Origin: an uncultured Clostridia bacterium
Lineage (GTDB): Bacteria > Bacillota > Clostridia > Christensenellales > UBA1242
Direction: 5' to 3'
NCBI GenBank assembly: GCA_930990515.1
Contig: CAKNPS010000003.1
Coordinates: 122,903-186,902 of the forward strand
DNA length: 64,000 nucleotides
The notes beneath the pieces were generated by a model, which was given only the letters and a program-made list of their open reading frames with translations, ran no database searches and had not been told where the DNA came from. Below are positions 55,904-64,000 of this stretch, one piece after another. How positions within the stretch are numbered: position 1 is the first letter of the stretch; every line of letters starts with the position of its first letter. Both the position numbers and the translations under genes were made by a program.

Positions 55904-57702
55904 AAATTATATCTTGCCATATTGATGCTTTTGGAAAACTTAATAATGTTGATGTTAAATTTAATGAGAACTTAAACTCTGTTTGTCAAGAGAATGGCTT
56001 TGGAAAAACCACACTTGCAATGTTTATTAAGGCGATGTTTTTTGGTTTTGATAATTCTCGCAAAAAAATGAATGATAGAGTTCAATATCAACCACTATCT
56101 CAAGGGAACTATGGTGGAACTCTTACTTTTGAAACTGAGAAAGGTAAGTTTAAGATTATTAGAAGTTTTAAGAGCACTTTGACAAAAGATACTTTTGAAA
56201 TTTTTAATGCGGAAACAAATTTACCTTCTAAAATTTATTCTGAAAATTTAGGTGAAGAAATTTTTGGTGTGGGGAAAGAAACTTTCGATGCCACAATTTT
56301 CTTTGCACAAAATGACCTTGCAAGCGAAGTTAATGATGGAATTAAAGCATCGCTTGTTGGGAATATTTCTTCAGATGATATGGGGGCTTATTCAGTTGCT
56401 ATAAGAAAATTAAAAGAGAAAAAATTAGAACTTAATAGAGAATTAAAAACTATCAATTTAGAATATGACCAACGCCTCTTGAGAGAAAATAAGTTAAGAG
56501 AAGAAAACATAAAAGAGAAAATAAATTTTTCAAATGAAGATATAAAAGTTTGCGAAGAAAATATCGTAAAGATAAATGTAAATAAAGAAAATTTAAAAGA
56601 GTTGCAAAATAAGTTAGATAACTATCGAAGTGAGAAAAAGGCTTTAGAAATTTTAATAGATGATAAGAAAAATGAACTTGAAAAATTAAAAGAAAATATT
56701 GAAAAGCAAAAATTAATTGTTGAACAAAAAAATAACAATAAAAAACAAAAAATTCAAGAAAATAATGAAAAAATAAATAAAAATAAGAAAAAAAATAATT
56801 ATTTTTTAATTATTTCAATTATTATGCTTATTTTATCAATTATTTCTATGAGTGTTTATTTTGCAGTAAATAATATTATTTTAATTGTTATTTTTGCAAT
56901 TTTTCTTGTTTCATTTGGAATTTTGTTTACCTTATATTTTGTTAAAAGAAATAAAAATGGAATAAATGAATTTATAGAAAATGATAATTTTGTGGAAGAA
57001 GAACTATTAAAAAACTTAAAAAAAGATGAAGTCTTAAAACTTGGAGAAATAAAAGATAAAGAGCAAGACTTACAAAATCTAAACAGACAATTTCAAAATG
57101 AATTTGGTTTGACAGAAAGGGAATTTATTGAAAGATTAGAACATAATGACAACATATTAAAAAGATATGAAAGCCAAAAAGTTACTTCGGAGACCAATTT
57201 AAAACATTATCAAAATGAATTTGAGAAAGTTGAAACTTATGTTCAAGAACTTGAAGATAAACTCAATGAAGATACAGAAAATTATGATAAATTGAAGAAA
57301 AATTTGGACATAATTGAAAAAACAGAAGAATTTTTGCAAATTTCAAGTGAAAACTTGTCAAAAAGATATGTCGAGCCTGTGCAGAAAAAATTTGATGAAT
57401 TTTATAAAAAATTCTTTGTCAACGATAAAATTGTTTTTAACACAAACTTAAATTCTTTAATAGAACAATCGCTTCAAGAAGACGGATATTTAAGTGCGGG
57501 GACTTTAGATTTGGTGAATATCTGCAAGCGTTTTGCCCTTATTGATTTGCTTTATAAAAAGGAAAAGCCTTTTATCATTTTAGATGACCCTTTCATAAAT
57601 TTAGATGATAAGAATTTGAAAGTGGCAAAAGAAATTGTTATGGAAGAATCGAAAAAATATCAAATCATTTTCCTAACTTGTCACTCATCAAGGCAATTGT
57701 AA
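55900..57702 (+). CDS. Rad50/SbcC-like AAA ATPase (YhaN-like) with a transmembrane hairpin in the coiled-coil region
   Basis: Overlaps the sbcD-like stop (ATGA). N-terminal P-loop QENGFGKTT, long K/E-rich coiled coils, two adjacent hydrophobic helices (YFLIISIIMLILSIISMSVYFAV and IILIVIFAIFLVSFGILFTLYFV), and a C-terminal Walker B in PFIILDDPFINLDD. Confidence 0.75.
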   Translation: MKIISCHIDAFGKLNNVDVKFNENLNSVCQENGFGKTTLAMFIKAMFFGFDNSRKKMNDRVQYQPLSQGNYGGTLTFETEKGKFKIIRSFKSTLTKDTFEIFNAETNLPSKIYSENLGEEIFGVGKETFDATIFFAQNDLASEVNDGIKASLVGNISSDDMGAYSVAIRKLKEKKLELNRELKTINLEYDQRLLRENKLREENIKEKINFSNEDIKVCEENIVKINVNKENLKELQNKLDNYRSEKKALEILIDDKKNELEKLKENIEKQKLIVEQKNNNKKQKIQENNEKINKNKKKNNYFLIISIIMLILSIISMSVYFAVNNIILIVIFAIFLVSFGILFTLYFVKRNKNGINEFIENDNFVEEELLKNLKKDEVLKLGEIKDKEQDLQNLNRQFQNEFGLTEREFIERLEHNDNILKRYESQKVTSETNLKHYQNEFEKVETYVQELEDKLNEDTENYDKLKKNLDIIEKTEEFLQISSENLSKRYVEPVQKKFDEFYKKFFVNDKIVFNTNLNSLIEQSLQEDGYLSAGTLDLVNICKRFALIDLLYKKEKPFIILDDPFINLDDKNLKVAKEIVMEESKKYQIIFLTCHSSRQL

Positions 57703-57819
57703 AGCATCGTCGAGCATCGTTGATGCGTTCTAAATTTATCGAATATCAGTTTTACTAAAAATTAAAAATTGGAAATATTTCACTAAAAATCTAAAAAAAT
57801 AAATAAAAAGGTGTAAAAA

Positions 57820-59355
57820 TTGGAAAAAATTAAAAAAATAGCGAAAAAACTCAATATTAAAGAGAGCAATTTAGAATGTTTTGGCGAGTATAAGGCTAAA
57901 ATCAAAAACCTTAAATTCAAAGAAAAAGGGAGTTTGATTTTGGTCACTTCTATCAATCCTACTAAAAGTGGAGAAGGAAAAACAACTGTTTCAATTGGAC
58001 TTGCTGATGCATTATCTTTATTAAAGAAAAAAGTTTGTTTAACACTTCGTGAGCCATCACTTGGTCCAGTGTTTGGACTGAAAGGTGGGGCAACTGGTGG
58101 TGGAAAAGCAGTAGTAGAGCCAAGTGAAGAAATCAATCTTCATTTCACAGGCGATTTCCACGCAATAACTTCTGCGAACAACCTTCTTTGTGCTATGATT
58201 GACAACCACATTTTTCAAGGGAATGAATTAGATTTTAATGAAGTGGTTTTTAATCGTTGTATTGATATGAATGATAGGGCGCTACGAGAAATCACTATTA
58301 ATGAAGAAAAACTTAAAAATAATAAACCTAGAAAGGAACATTTTGTGATAACTCCAGCAAGTGAAATTATGGCAATCTTTTGTCTTGCTAAAAATGAGCA
58401 AGATTTAAAAGAAAGACTTGGTAAAATTATTGTTGGCTACAACAGCAAAGAAAAACCGATTTTTGCTAGTGACTTAAAAGCAGAAAATGCTATGTTTTTA
58501 CTTTTAAAAGAAGCATTTTATCCAAATCTAGCACAGACAAGAGAAGGAACACCAGCAATTATTCACGGCGGACCATTTGCAAACATTGCCCATGGCTGTA
58601 ATTCTGTTGTTGCCACAAAAACTGCCTTATCTTATGCCGACTTTGTTGTCACTGAAGCAGGGTTTGGAGCAGACCTTGGAGCAGAAAAGTTTTTTGATTT
58701 AAAATGTCGAGAAAATAATCTTAATCCAAAATGTGTTGTTATTGTGCTGACAGTTAAAGCATTAAAAGAGCATAGTGAAGATTTAAGTTTAGGGCTGGAA
58801 AATTTAGAAAAACACATTTCAAACATTAAAAATGTTTTTAATAAATCTTGCGTTGTTGCTTTAAATTTCTTTGAAAATGATAACCAAAAAGATATTGAAA
58901 AAGTTAGAAAATTTGTGGAAAATCTTGGAGTTAATTTTGAAGTTTGCAGTCCATATCTTGAAGGTGGGGAAGGGTGCAAAAAACTTGCAAAAAAAGTTTT
59001 AGAAAATTTTAACGACAATAAATTGACTTTTGCATACAGCCTTGAAGATAATATAAATAAGAAAATTGAGGGCATTGCAAAAAATGTTTATGGAGCAAAA
59101 AGTGTAAAATTTTCTGAAAAATCGCTTAAAAATATGAAAAAAATTGAAAAAATCGCTAAAAACTATCCTGTTATCATTGCAAAAACGCAATATTCACTTT
59201 CTTGTGATGATAACCTAAAGGGCACCCCTAAAGATTTTGTTTTAGATATCGAAGATATTGAATTAAAAAATGGAGCAGGTTTTGTTCTTGCAGTTTGTGG
59301 GGAAATTATGCTAATGCCAGGACTTCCAAAGCACCCAAATGCAGAAAATATTTAG
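57820..59355 (+). CDS. fhs: Formate--tetrahydrofolate ligase
   Basis: PTKSGEGKTTVSIGLADAL, GPVFGLKGGATGGG and IHGGPFANIAHGCNS. TTG start 6 nt after aaggtg, with an in-frame TAA just upstream, so the product (511 aa) is shorter than the roughly 555 aa I expect for this family. Confidence 0.9.
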   Translation: MEKIKKIAKKLNIKESNLECFGEYKAKIKNLKFKEKGSLILVTSINPTKSGEGKTTVSIGLADALSLLKKKVCLTLREPSLGPVFGLKGGATGGGKAVVEPSEEINLHFTGDFHAITSANNLLCAMIDNHIFQGNELDFNEVVFNRCIDMNDRALREITINEEKLKNNKPRKEHFVITPASEIMAIFCLAKNEQDLKERLGKIIVGYNSKEKPIFASDLKAENAMFLLLKEAFYPNLAQTREGTPAIIHGGPFANIAHGCNSVVATKTALSYADFVVTEAGFGADLGAEKFFDLKCRENNLNPKCVVIVLTVKALKEHSEDLSLGLENLEKHISNIKNVFNKSCVVALNFFENDNQKDIEKVRKFVENLGVNFEVCSPYLEGGEGCKKLAKKVLENFNDNKLTFAYSLEDNINKKIEGIAKNVYGAKSVKFSEKSLKNMKKIEKIAKNYPVIIAKTQYSLSCDDNLKGTPKDFVLDIEDIELKNGAGFVLAVCGEIMLMPGLPKHPNAENI

Positions 59356-59445
59356 AAGTCTTATAATTTTACATTTAAAAGTTAGTAATATGTTTACTAT
59401 AATATTTTATTGACAAAATGTTTTTATAGGTGCTATAATTTTGCT

Positions 59446-60162
59446 ATGTTAAGATTAGAAAATATTTGTTTTGCCCCTGTGGACAATAAAGATAAAGAAA
59501 TTTTAAATGATGTTTCCTTAAAATTTGAAAAAGGGAAAATTTATGTTATCACTGGACCAAACGGCAGTGGTAAATCTACTCTTGTCAAAGTTATTATGGG
59601 TATTAATAATGCGACAAGTGGAAAGATATTTTTGGACGATAAAGAAATAACAAATTTGCCTATTAATGAAAGGGCAAATTTAGGGATTTCTTATGCTTTT
59701 CAACAGCCTGTTACTTTTAAAGGCTTGAAAGTGAGAGATTTACTTGATATTGCTTCTAATAAGAAAAACGACTTTAATGCTTTATGTGATTATCTATCAG
59801 AAGTGGGGTTATGTGCGAAAGAATATATAAATCGTCCACTTGATGACAAACTTTCTGGTGGGGAACTTAAGAGAATTGAACTTGCTTTAGTTCTTGCAAG
59901 GGGAAGGGAAATCAATATCTTTGACGAACCAGAGGCCGGTATTGACCTATGGAGTTTTGATAATTTGACAAACATATTTAAGAATATGAAAGATTCAACA
60001 AATATTATTGTCAGCCACCAAACAAAAATTTTGGAAATTGCAGACTATGTGATTTTGCTTAAAAATGGCAAAGTGGAGAAGATAGGAAGTTATAGCGAAG
60101 TTAAACCATATATTGAAAATACCACTTGTGGAAGATTGAGAGGTAAAGATGGACAAAATTGA
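59446..60162 (+). CDS. sufC: SufC-like ABC ATPase (Fe-S cluster assembly)
   Basis: Walker A GPNGSGKST, ABC signature LSGGELKR, Walker B IFDEPEAGID. I chose the start at MLRLENICF. The ORF-track TTG start is the -35 box of a TTGACA-18-TGcTATAAT promoter. Adjacent to a SufB/D gene. Confidence 0.8.
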   Translation: MLRLENICFAPVDNKDKEILNDVSLKFEKGKIYVITGPNGSGKSTLVKVIMGINNATSGKIFLDDKEITNLPINERANLGISYAFQQPVTFKGLKVRDLLDIASNKKNDFNALCDYLSEVGLCAKEYINRPLDDKLSGGELKRIELALVLARGREINIFDEPEAGIDLWSFDNLTNIFKNMKDSTNIIVSHQTKILEIADYVILLKNGKVEKIGSYSEVKPYIENTTCGRLRGKDGQN

Positions 60163-61069
60163 TAGAGAACTCTTGGAAAAAATTACAGACCTGCACAAGA
60201 TTGAACTTGGGGCTTTTAATATTAGGAAAAATGGGCAAGCGGTAGACAGAAAAAATACTAAAGAAATTGAAATTGTTCCTAAAAAAGACAAAAGTGGAAT
60301 TGATGTTTACATTAAACCAAATGTGAAGAACAAGGCTGTTCATATTCCAGTCATTATCACAATGGGTGGACTTAACGACCTTGTTTATAATGATTTCTAT
60401 ATTGGCGAAAACTCTTCAGTCACGATTGTGGCTGGCTGTGGCATTCATAATAACACAAGCGAAAATTCTGTTCACAATGGCATTCACTCTTTCCATTTAG
60501 CGAAAAATTCTTATGTAAAATATGTGGAAAGACATATAGGTATGGGAGACGGAACGGGCGGAAAAATTTTAAATCCTATTACAAAGATTTATCAAAAAGA
60601 GAATTCTCATCTTGACATTGAAACATTGCAAATTGGCGGGGTGACTTCTTCTGTTAGAAAAACTTTTGCTCGTTTAGGTGAAAATGCCAAACTTGAAATT
60701 CAAGAAAACATTTTAACCACAGACGAACAAACCGCAACCACACTTTTCAAAGTCAATTTGAAGGGCAAAAAATCAAGTGTGGAAGTTGTCAGTCACAGTG
60801 TGGCAAGGGGAAAATCTTATCAAGAATTTAAGTCCAATCTTATTGGCGAAAATGAATGTTTTGGTCACGTCGAGTGTGATGGAATATTGCTTGATAATGC
60901 TCGCATTGTTTCTGTTCCTATGATAGACGCCAAAGACAATAATTCATCTTTAGTTCATGAAGCAGCCATTGGCAAAATTGCAGGAGATGAGCTTATTAAA
61001 CTTATGACGCTTGGACTTAGTCAAGAAGAAGCAGAAAACACCATTATCAAAGGTTTTTTAATGGGCTGA
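60149..61069 (+). CDS. SufB/SufD-family Fe-S cluster assembly protein (short, 306 aa)
   Basis: Beta-helix-type sequence with the typical C-terminus HEAAIGKIAGDELIKLMTLGLSQEEAENTIIKGFL. Overlaps sufC by 14 nt. Confidence 0.7.
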   Translation: MDKIDRELLEKITDLHKIELGAFNIRKNGQAVDRKNTKEIEIVPKKDKSGIDVYIKPNVKNKAVHIPVIITMGGLNDLVYNDFYIGENSSVTIVAGCGIHNNTSENSVHNGIHSFHLAKNSYVKYVERHIGMGDGTGGKILNPITKIYQKENSHLDIETLQIGGVTSSVRKTFARLGENAKLEIQENILTTDEQTATTLFKVNLKGKKSSVEVVSHSVARGKSYQEFKSNLIGENECFGHVECDGILLDNARIVSVPMIDAKDNNSSLVHEAAIGKIAGDELIKLMTLGLSQEEAENTIIKGFLMG

Positions 61070-61286
61070 CGAGTGATTTAGTTATGTTTTAATAATTATT
61101 TATGAATTAGGATATATCGAAATTGATATACCTTTTTTGTAACAATATATATAACTGTTTTTAAGATGAAAGACAGATAAGAGTTGTTATTTGTTTAGTC
61201 AAACTAATTTAAAATTTTTCTATATAATTTCATAAATTATTTTGTGGACATTTTCCTATTGTGTTAAAATGTTTATAGGAGATTTT

Positions 61287-61691
61287 ATGGCTAAAAAAAG
61301 TAAAGTTGAAAAAGCGATTGATAAACAAAAGAAAAGTCATCCTGTGGCTTTTTTACTTGTTGTTATTTTTCTTGTTATTGGAGCGCTGGGTGGTTATTTC
61401 ACTTTAAGATACATAACAAAAGATGATGTTTTTGAAGTTTTGGGAGAGCAGATCATCACTTTAAATGTCGGGGAAGAATTTGTTGATGAAGGTGTCAACA
61501 TCGTAGCCTTTGGTAAGGATATTTCCGATAGTGTTAAAGTTGAGAATAACATTAATAACACGGTGGCTGGGCGTTATTATGTGAAATATACTGTTGACAA
61601 CTTTAGATATAATGGTGTGGTGAAATATCGCTATGTTATTTTTGTTGATGAAGAAAGTGAAAATGGTGATACGGAAATATTAAATGTTTAG
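61287..61691 (+). CDS. Small membrane-anchored protein with an Ig-like (DUF5011-type) domain
   Basis: Start moved to MAKKSK after SD aggag. One TM helix, then ITLNVGEEFVDEGVNIVAFGKDISDSVKVENNINNTVAGRYYVKYTV. Confidence 0.5.
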   Translation: MAKKSKVEKAIDKQKKSHPVAFLLVVIFLVIGALGGYFTLRYITKDDVFEVLGEQIITLNVGEEFVDEGVNIVAFGKDISDSVKVENNINNTVAGRYYVKYTVDNFRYNGVVKYRYVIFVDEESENGDTEILNV

Positions 61692-61701
61692 TGTTTGAAA
61701 G

Positions 61702-61784
61702 GGCGAGAAAGTGGCAAAGTGTCACTTTGCCGAAAACGAAGTTTTCGCAAATTTTTAACTTGTTAAAAATTTGACTTTCTCGCC
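61702..61784. other. Perfect 83-nt four-way-junction (cloverleaf-shaped) palindromic element
   Basis: Outer stem ggcgagaaagt (61702-61712)/actttctcgcc (61774-61784). It encloses three abutting hairpins: ggcaaagtg/cactttgcc (61713-61731), gaaaac gaa gttttc (61732-61746) and caaatttttaa cttg ttaaaaatttg (61748-61773). All 37 bp are Watson-Crick and only one junction nucleotide is unpaired. Confidence 0.85.
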
Positions 61785-61852
61785 GAACAAGCATACGATT
61801 TTATTCAAGAATAAACACTAATTTTTAAAACTAAATAGGAGAAAAAGAAAGT

Positions 61853-62983
61853 ATGGCAAAAGCAAAAAGCACAAAAAGTGTGAAAATAACGACATCAATT
61901 TTATGTATAATTGCAATAATAATCGGTTTTTTAGCAGGTGGTTTTGTTTATCTATACCTAAATCAAGAAGAAAGTGATGTTTTTGTTAGTGGAGATTTTG
62001 AAGCACATTTTTTAGAATTAGGAAACAAATATGTTGGAGATAGCATCTATATTCGTAGTGGAGAAACTGACATTTTGATAGATGCAGGCTCCCGTAATGA
62101 TTCTGCAGATGATATTATTTCATACGTTGACCAATATGTGACAGACGGAGTTTTAGAATTTGTTATTGCAACACACGCAGACCAAGACCATATTTCTGCT
62201 TTTTATTCCACATCAACTAGAGTTGGTATCTTTGAACATTATGAAGTTGAAACAATTATTGATTTTCCGTTGACTGATAAAGATACAGAAACATATCAAA
62301 ATTATGTTTCAGCACGCGATGAAGAAGTTTTAAATGGAGCAAAACATTACACCGCGCTTGAATGTTATAACAATGAAAACGGAGCAAGCAGAACATATCA
62401 AATTTCAGAATCTGTAGAAATGGAAATACTTTATAATTATTACTATGAAAACTCATCTAGCGATGAAAATAATTATTCTGTATGTATTATGTTTAATCAA
62501 GGTGATAATCACTATCTTTTTACAGGAGATTTGGAAGAAGATGGTGAAAAACATCTTGTTGAATATTATGAAAGCATTGGTGAACCATTACCAGAGTGTG
62601 TTCTATTTAAAGCAGGGCATCATGGTTCAGGGACTTCTTCAAATGATTTTCTTCTTGAAGTTATTAAACCAAAATATATTATTATTTGCACTTGTGCAGG
62701 TTCAAGTCAATATACAGATAACAATGATAATCAATTTCCATATCAAGCATTGATAGATAGAATTGCTCAATATACAGACCAAGTGTATATCACATCAGTT
62801 GTTGATAATTATGTTGATCACAATGAATGGAACTCAAGTGGAACAATTAAATCAATGAATGGTAATATTGTTTTCAGTGTTTCTAACGGCGAAGTTAGTA
62901 TTGAATGTAGTAATAATAATTTAATTTTAAAAAATACTGAATGGTTCAAGGATCACCGAATTTGTCCTGTTGAATGGGTGTAA
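61853..62983 (+). CDS. Membrane-anchored MBL-fold hydrolase of the ComEC/Rec2 C-terminal-domain type
   Basis: N-terminal TM helix, then DAGS, ATHADQDH (HxHxDH variant) and KAGHHGSGTSS, as in the ComEC beta-lactamase-like domain. Confidence 0.7.
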   Translation: MAKAKSTKSVKITTSILCIIAIIIGFLAGGFVYLYLNQEESDVFVSGDFEAHFLELGNKYVGDSIYIRSGETDILIDAGSRNDSADDIISYVDQYVTDGVLEFVIATHADQDHISAFYSTSTRVGIFEHYEVETIIDFPLTDKDTETYQNYVSARDEEVLNGAKHYTALECYNNENGASRTYQISESVEMEILYNYYYENSSSDENNYSVCIMFNQGDNHYLFTGDLEEDGEKHLVEYYESIGEPLPECVLFKAGHHGSGTSSNDFLLEVIKPKYIIICTCAGSSQYTDNNDNQFPYQALIDRIAQYTDQVYITSVVDNYVDHNEWNSSGTIKSMNGNIVFSVSNGEVSIECSNNNLILKNTEWFKDHRICPVEWV

Positions 62984-63001
62984 TATTATCAAGAGGGGAA
63001 A

Positions 63002-63050
63002 TTTGTAATATTATTTGCTTAAAAATTTTGTAATATTATTTGCTTAAAAA
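63002..63050 (+). repeat. Tandem 24/25-bp duplication carrying the -35 element of the downstream lipoprotein promoter
   Basis: tttgtaatattatttgcttaaaaa (63002-63025) is followed by ttttgtaatattatttgcttaaaaa (63026-63050). TTGCTT of copy 2 (63040-63045) lies 17 nt from TATAAT (63063-63068). Confidence 0.85.
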
Positions 63051-63183
63051 TAAAGAATTAGTTATAATATAACATATGAGGAAATATCGCAAATCATTTT
63101 TATTGTTTTATATTGTTACATTTGCAATTTTTAGTTGTGCTATTTTATTAGTAGGATGTATAAATTCTTCTTCATCTGAAAAT

Positions 63184-63193
63184 GGGGGGGGGG
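63184..63193 (+). repeat. Homopolymeric G10 tract at the first frameshift
   Basis: Ten consecutive G residues counted directly. G9 or G12 would join the signal peptide to the downstream frame. Confidence 0.95.
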
Positions 63194-63628
63194 AATTTTG
63201 AATTTAGTGAAGATCAACCTTTAGAAGATGATGAAATTTCAACCCAATCAATTGATTTTTCTGTTCAGGTTTCAATTTATACTAGTTCTGGAATAATCAC
63301 TTATCAAGAGGTTGCGGAAAAAGAAGATTATTCAAGAAATTATTTTAATATATATTGGTGTGAAGGAGATAATGGAAGTCAACATGGTATTGCTAAATCA
63401 TGGGGGAATATTCCTGCTTATACAAATTCGTATGGACATTCAAATGTTGTTAAAGAAAATAATACAAATGCCCATTATTTAACATATTTTAGTTATTCTT
63501 GGTGGTTTGGAGTTCAACGATTTGCAATGTTAGAGATCAATAATAGCAATGATGATTATCAACTTTGGACAGTTAACAATTCTTCATCATTTGAAGACAC
63601 TACAGATAATTTAGGTACTTCTTCAGCA

Positions 63629-63644
63629 ATATATATATATATAT
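63629..63644 (+). repeat. (AT)8 dinucleotide repeat at the second frameshift
   Basis: at x 8 counted directly. (AT)9 or (AT)6 would restore the frame, giving ..AIYIY(IY)GNGETSNN.. Confidence 0.9.
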
Positions 63645-64000
63645 GGAAATGGAGAAACTTCTAATAATATTCCCGATTTTGCAGTTGGAACAAATATGTC
63701 TGGTGATTGGTATATTAAATATCGTGAAAATATGAATTTAGAATATGATTTAAATGGTGGGACTTCAGGACCTAATACAACGAATTTCTATGCCGGTTTT
63801 GATTGTTCTCTTTCATTAACGAAACCTTATCGTCCCGGTTATACTTTTACTGGTTGGAAATTAGGAAATAATATCTATAACCCTGGAGATATAATTGAAT
63901 GGGAAAAACTTTCAGGTGATAGTAATACAATAACTATAGAAGCACAATGGACTCAAGATGAATATGAAAATATTTATCATTATCGTGATTCTAATGGTAC

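Larger units (their letters stand above)
63076..64000 (+). pseudogene. Paralog of the 33983 surface lipoprotein, interrupted by two frameshifts at simple-sequence repeats (phase-OFF or pseudogene); 3' end outside the window
   Basis: Frame 1 (63076-63201) encodes MRKYRKSFLLFYIVTFAIFSCAILLVGCINSSSSENGGG, a signal peptide with lipobox LVGC, then stops. Frame 2 (63182-63664) and frame 3 (63642-64000, open to the window end) continue colinearly with the 33983 protein: SIDFSVQVSIY.. versus SVNFSVRVQAY..; GTNMSGDWYIKY versus GTTMSGTWYVKY; YDLNGGTSGP..RPGYTFTGW. Confidence 0.8.

Noticed and set aside
1-64000. Mycoplasma-type genetic code (UGA = Trp)
   Set aside because: All long conserved genes are intact under the standard code. 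TGA is also used as a genuine stop, for example in the recJ and relA ATGA stop/start overlaps at 18590-18593 and 20668-20671.

Overview
Low-GC (about one third G+C by eye) bacterial chromosome segment that uses the standard code: TGA is a stop, as in the ATGA stop/start overlaps recJ/relA and relA/HemZ-like. Gene content and surface-protein architecture point to a reduced Bacillota/Mollicutes-like organism. Surface proteins carry lipoboxes or C-terminal TM anchors and none has LPXTG; the taxonomic placement is inference only. Core genes present: rpoB, rpoC, recJ, a relA/spoT homolog, a HemZ-like radical SAM gene, rpsO, pnp, valS, folA, a short alaS, fhs, sufC plus sufB/D, an sbcD/Rad50-like pair and two tRNA-Leu genes. 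Between them lie AT-rich accessory genes: three very large surface proteins (GLUG repeats, Listeria-Bacteroides repeats, an S8 subtilase with LRR), an orphan zeta-like kinase, an XRE module, an HExxH protein pair and a YhhN/Fe-ADH fusion. The signals I rank highest are non-coding. (1) An orphan structured RNA locus of about 550 nt (47759-48308) has its own promoter, an end-closing helix and a terminator, and is followed by a 4-TM membrane protein; this resembles the OLE/OapA arrangement but I cannot verify the class. (2) Five tandem hairpin-rich units of 103-119 bp (15552-16075) sit between a minus-strand promoter and tRNA-Leu(CAA). (3) A perfect 83-nt four-way-junction palindrome lies at 61702-61784. 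(4) A lipoprotein gene is broken exactly at a G10 tract and again at an (AT)8 tract, which suggests phase variation. (5) Several genes have the ATG 6-7 nt after a -10 box with no SD, which suggests leaderless mRNAs. (6) A tRNA-Leu carries an AAG (A34) anticodon. No CRISPR array, rRNA, transposase or prophage genes were seen.
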